From positions 149,420,001-149,484,000 of the forward strand of contig NC_086104.1 of assembly GCF_963921235.1 (NCBI RefSeq): a DNA stretch of 64,000 nt, in the 5' to 3' direction. Under the pieces are notes generated by a model that was not told the origin of the DNA, searched no databases, and saw only the letters and a program-made list of their open reading frames with translations. Positions 61,684 through 64,000 of the stretch are shown here, in pieces. The stretch's first letter is position 1; each line of letters begins with the position of its first letter. The translations under genes and the position numbers were made by a program. This DNA comes from Mobula hypostoma. Its lineage: Eukaryota.

Positions 61684-64000
61684 TTGATATCTGGATTCTA
61701 ATCTTTGCATTAAAGTTCAGACCAGAGATTGCAGTGATTTGTCCCACTAAACGATGAACTGAGACTGAGGTGATAAGCCTAGTCCGGTTGCTCCGGGATT
61801 TGGGTCTAGGGACTTAATTTCGTTCTAAGTGCTGCTGTTTGCTTTCATTGTCTGCATGATGTGTTTTCCTTCCTCCCTCTGCGCTTTGGGTGTTGGTCCT
61901 TTTTTAAATTGGGTTCTTTCAGGTTTCTAGCTTTGTGGCTGCCTGTAAGCAGACGAATCTCAAGGTTGTTAATTGATACATTCTTTGATAATAAAGGTAC
62001 CCTGAATGCTTTTGAATCCTTGAGTGACAGAGTTAATGTATGAGGAGTGTGCAGTGGCTCTCTCTTGGGTTTATACTTGCTGGAGTTTAGAAGAATGATG
62101 GAGGATCTCATTGAAATCTATTGAATATTGAAAGGCCTACATAGAGTGAAAGTGGAGAGGATGTTTCCTATATTTGGGGAGTCTAGTTCTAGAGGGCACA
62201 GCCTCAGAATAAAAAGTACAGAGATGAAGGGGAATTTATTTAGCTAAGTCATTGGGTATACTTAAAGCAGAGGTTGATAAGCAAGGACATCAAAGGTTAC
62301 TGAAAGTAGGAGAATGGGGTTGAGAGAGATAATAAATCAACCATGATGGAATGCCCAAGCAGACCCGATGGGCGAAATGGCTCTTCTACTCCTTTGTCTT
62401 TTGGTCTTAAACACTGGGAAAGAATGATGAAGCTACCCATACAGCCACATTCCAGCCTTTATCCCCATTGATTTGTTAAGGAGATCTCCTACTGAATCTT
62501 TGACTCTTCCTGCTTCGGGTTGAACCTGATCTCCACAAATCTACTTGGACGCAAATAGATCAGTAAGAAATATTACACTGAGGAGTACTTATAGGGTGAA
62601 GGAAAGTGTATTTCAATACTGTCTATCACTTAACATAACCAACCTTATGGCAATCCCAGCACTTAGTGGAGCAATACTGAGAAACATTAGAGATGGAGAG
62701 ATGGAGAGGAGACAGAAATCGAGATTAGAGAAAACATATCTAAAATATTCTTAAGAGAGTGTAATTGAAGATGACTGGAGAAATATCAGAGGTACGTTCT
62801 TTACACAGAGAGTGGTGGCTGTGTGGAACACCCTACCAGGGTAGTGGTAGAAGCAGAAACATTAGGGACATTTAAGAAACACTTAAATAGGCACATGGAT
62901 GATAGAAGAATGGAGGTCTACGTGGGAGAGAAAGGCTAGATTGATCTTGGAGCAGGTTAAAACATTGGCTCAACATCTGGGTCGAGGGACCTGGGCTGTG
63001 CTGTAATGTTCAAAGCCACTCTCTGTAAAAGGGGCTGAATAAAAATACCCTACCCATTCCATATAACACCATTTTTAAGGCTCCTCGTTATAGTTGAGCT
63101 TTCATCATAAGACTCATCTCTGTTACATACTCCAACCAGTGGGCAGGGTTCTGAATCCCAGCACCCACTTAGTTATCATACAGTCACAGAGTTATACAGC
63201 ACAGAAACAGGCCCTTCAGCCCAACTCATTCATGCAGACCAAAGTGCCTACCTGACCCAGTCTCATTCGTCTGTGTTTGGACCAGATTCCTCTTAACTTT
63301 TTCCTACCCATGTACACACCCAGATGTCCTTTGAAGGCTGTAATTGTCCACGTCTCCTCCTCTTCCTCTGCCAGCATGCTCCATTTACTCACCACCCGAT
63401 GTCTGGAAAATCTTGGCCTTCAGGTAGGGCCCTTTAAATCTCTTCCCTCTTATCTTAAATGTGTGCCATCTACTTTTATACCCTGAGAAAAAGACTGGGT
63501 CTATACACCTTATCTATGCCCCTTATGAGTTTATAAACCTCTTCATTGGTTACTTTTCACTTTTCACCCAATGGTCTGAACAAAATACTTATCTGAATTA
63601 ATAAAATAATCATTTCAGGTGCAGAATTGTATGTTTCAAATGGGCTGACATTGAGGGTTAATAATATGTCAAATTGAATTAGGTCACTGAATTAGCTCCA
63701 CTATGGACTGTCCCAAGCCCAACTGTGAAAGGAGGAGGACTGGGCATGGGGCTAACAACCCCATCTCATTGAAAACCCAGACCCACAAAAAAACACCGGT
63801 AGAAGTTCCAAAGACCTCATTCCTGGGACAGGAAGGATCTTCAACTAGAAAATGTAGAAAGCTGTGGGGTGAAAGCGGACGCCAAGGGACTGATCAACTT
63901 ATTTGGCCCAGGACAAAGGAGCTTGTAAACACAAAATACTCTGTAGACGCCGGGGTCATAGCAACACGCACAACACGCTGGAGGAAATCAGCAGGTCGGG

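Overview
Vertebrate genomic DNA with a 145-N gap at 932-1076. The repeat content (CR1/HER1-type LINEs, Rex1/Babar LINEs, V-type and CORE-type tRNA SINEs, Penelope-like elements) suggests a cartilaginous fish, probably a ray; this is inference. Most ORFs in the supplied track are transposon debris or noise. The real genes are spliced and lie on the minus strand. (1) A complete 5-exon, 461-aa BAG-family co-chaperone gene (CDS 32108 to 14456, all introns GT-AG and phase 0). Exons 2-5 resemble BAG4/SODD, but exon 1 encodes an intact BAG3-type WW domain, which mammalian BAG4 lacks. (2) About 5.6 kb beyond its 3' end, in the same orientation, is the 97-nt first coding exon of a divergent INPP5F/SAC2-like gene. 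This repeats the human BAG3-INPP5F gene order at a BAG4-type locus and suggests a retained whole-genome-duplication paralog. (3) A possible terminal exon of an unidentified upstream gene lies at about 59.6-60.25 kb. The window also has many Penelope-derived units carrying minimal hammerhead ribozyme motifs, including TSD-flanked mini-elements and fold-back forms. Comparisons to human proteins are from memory and need database confirmation.
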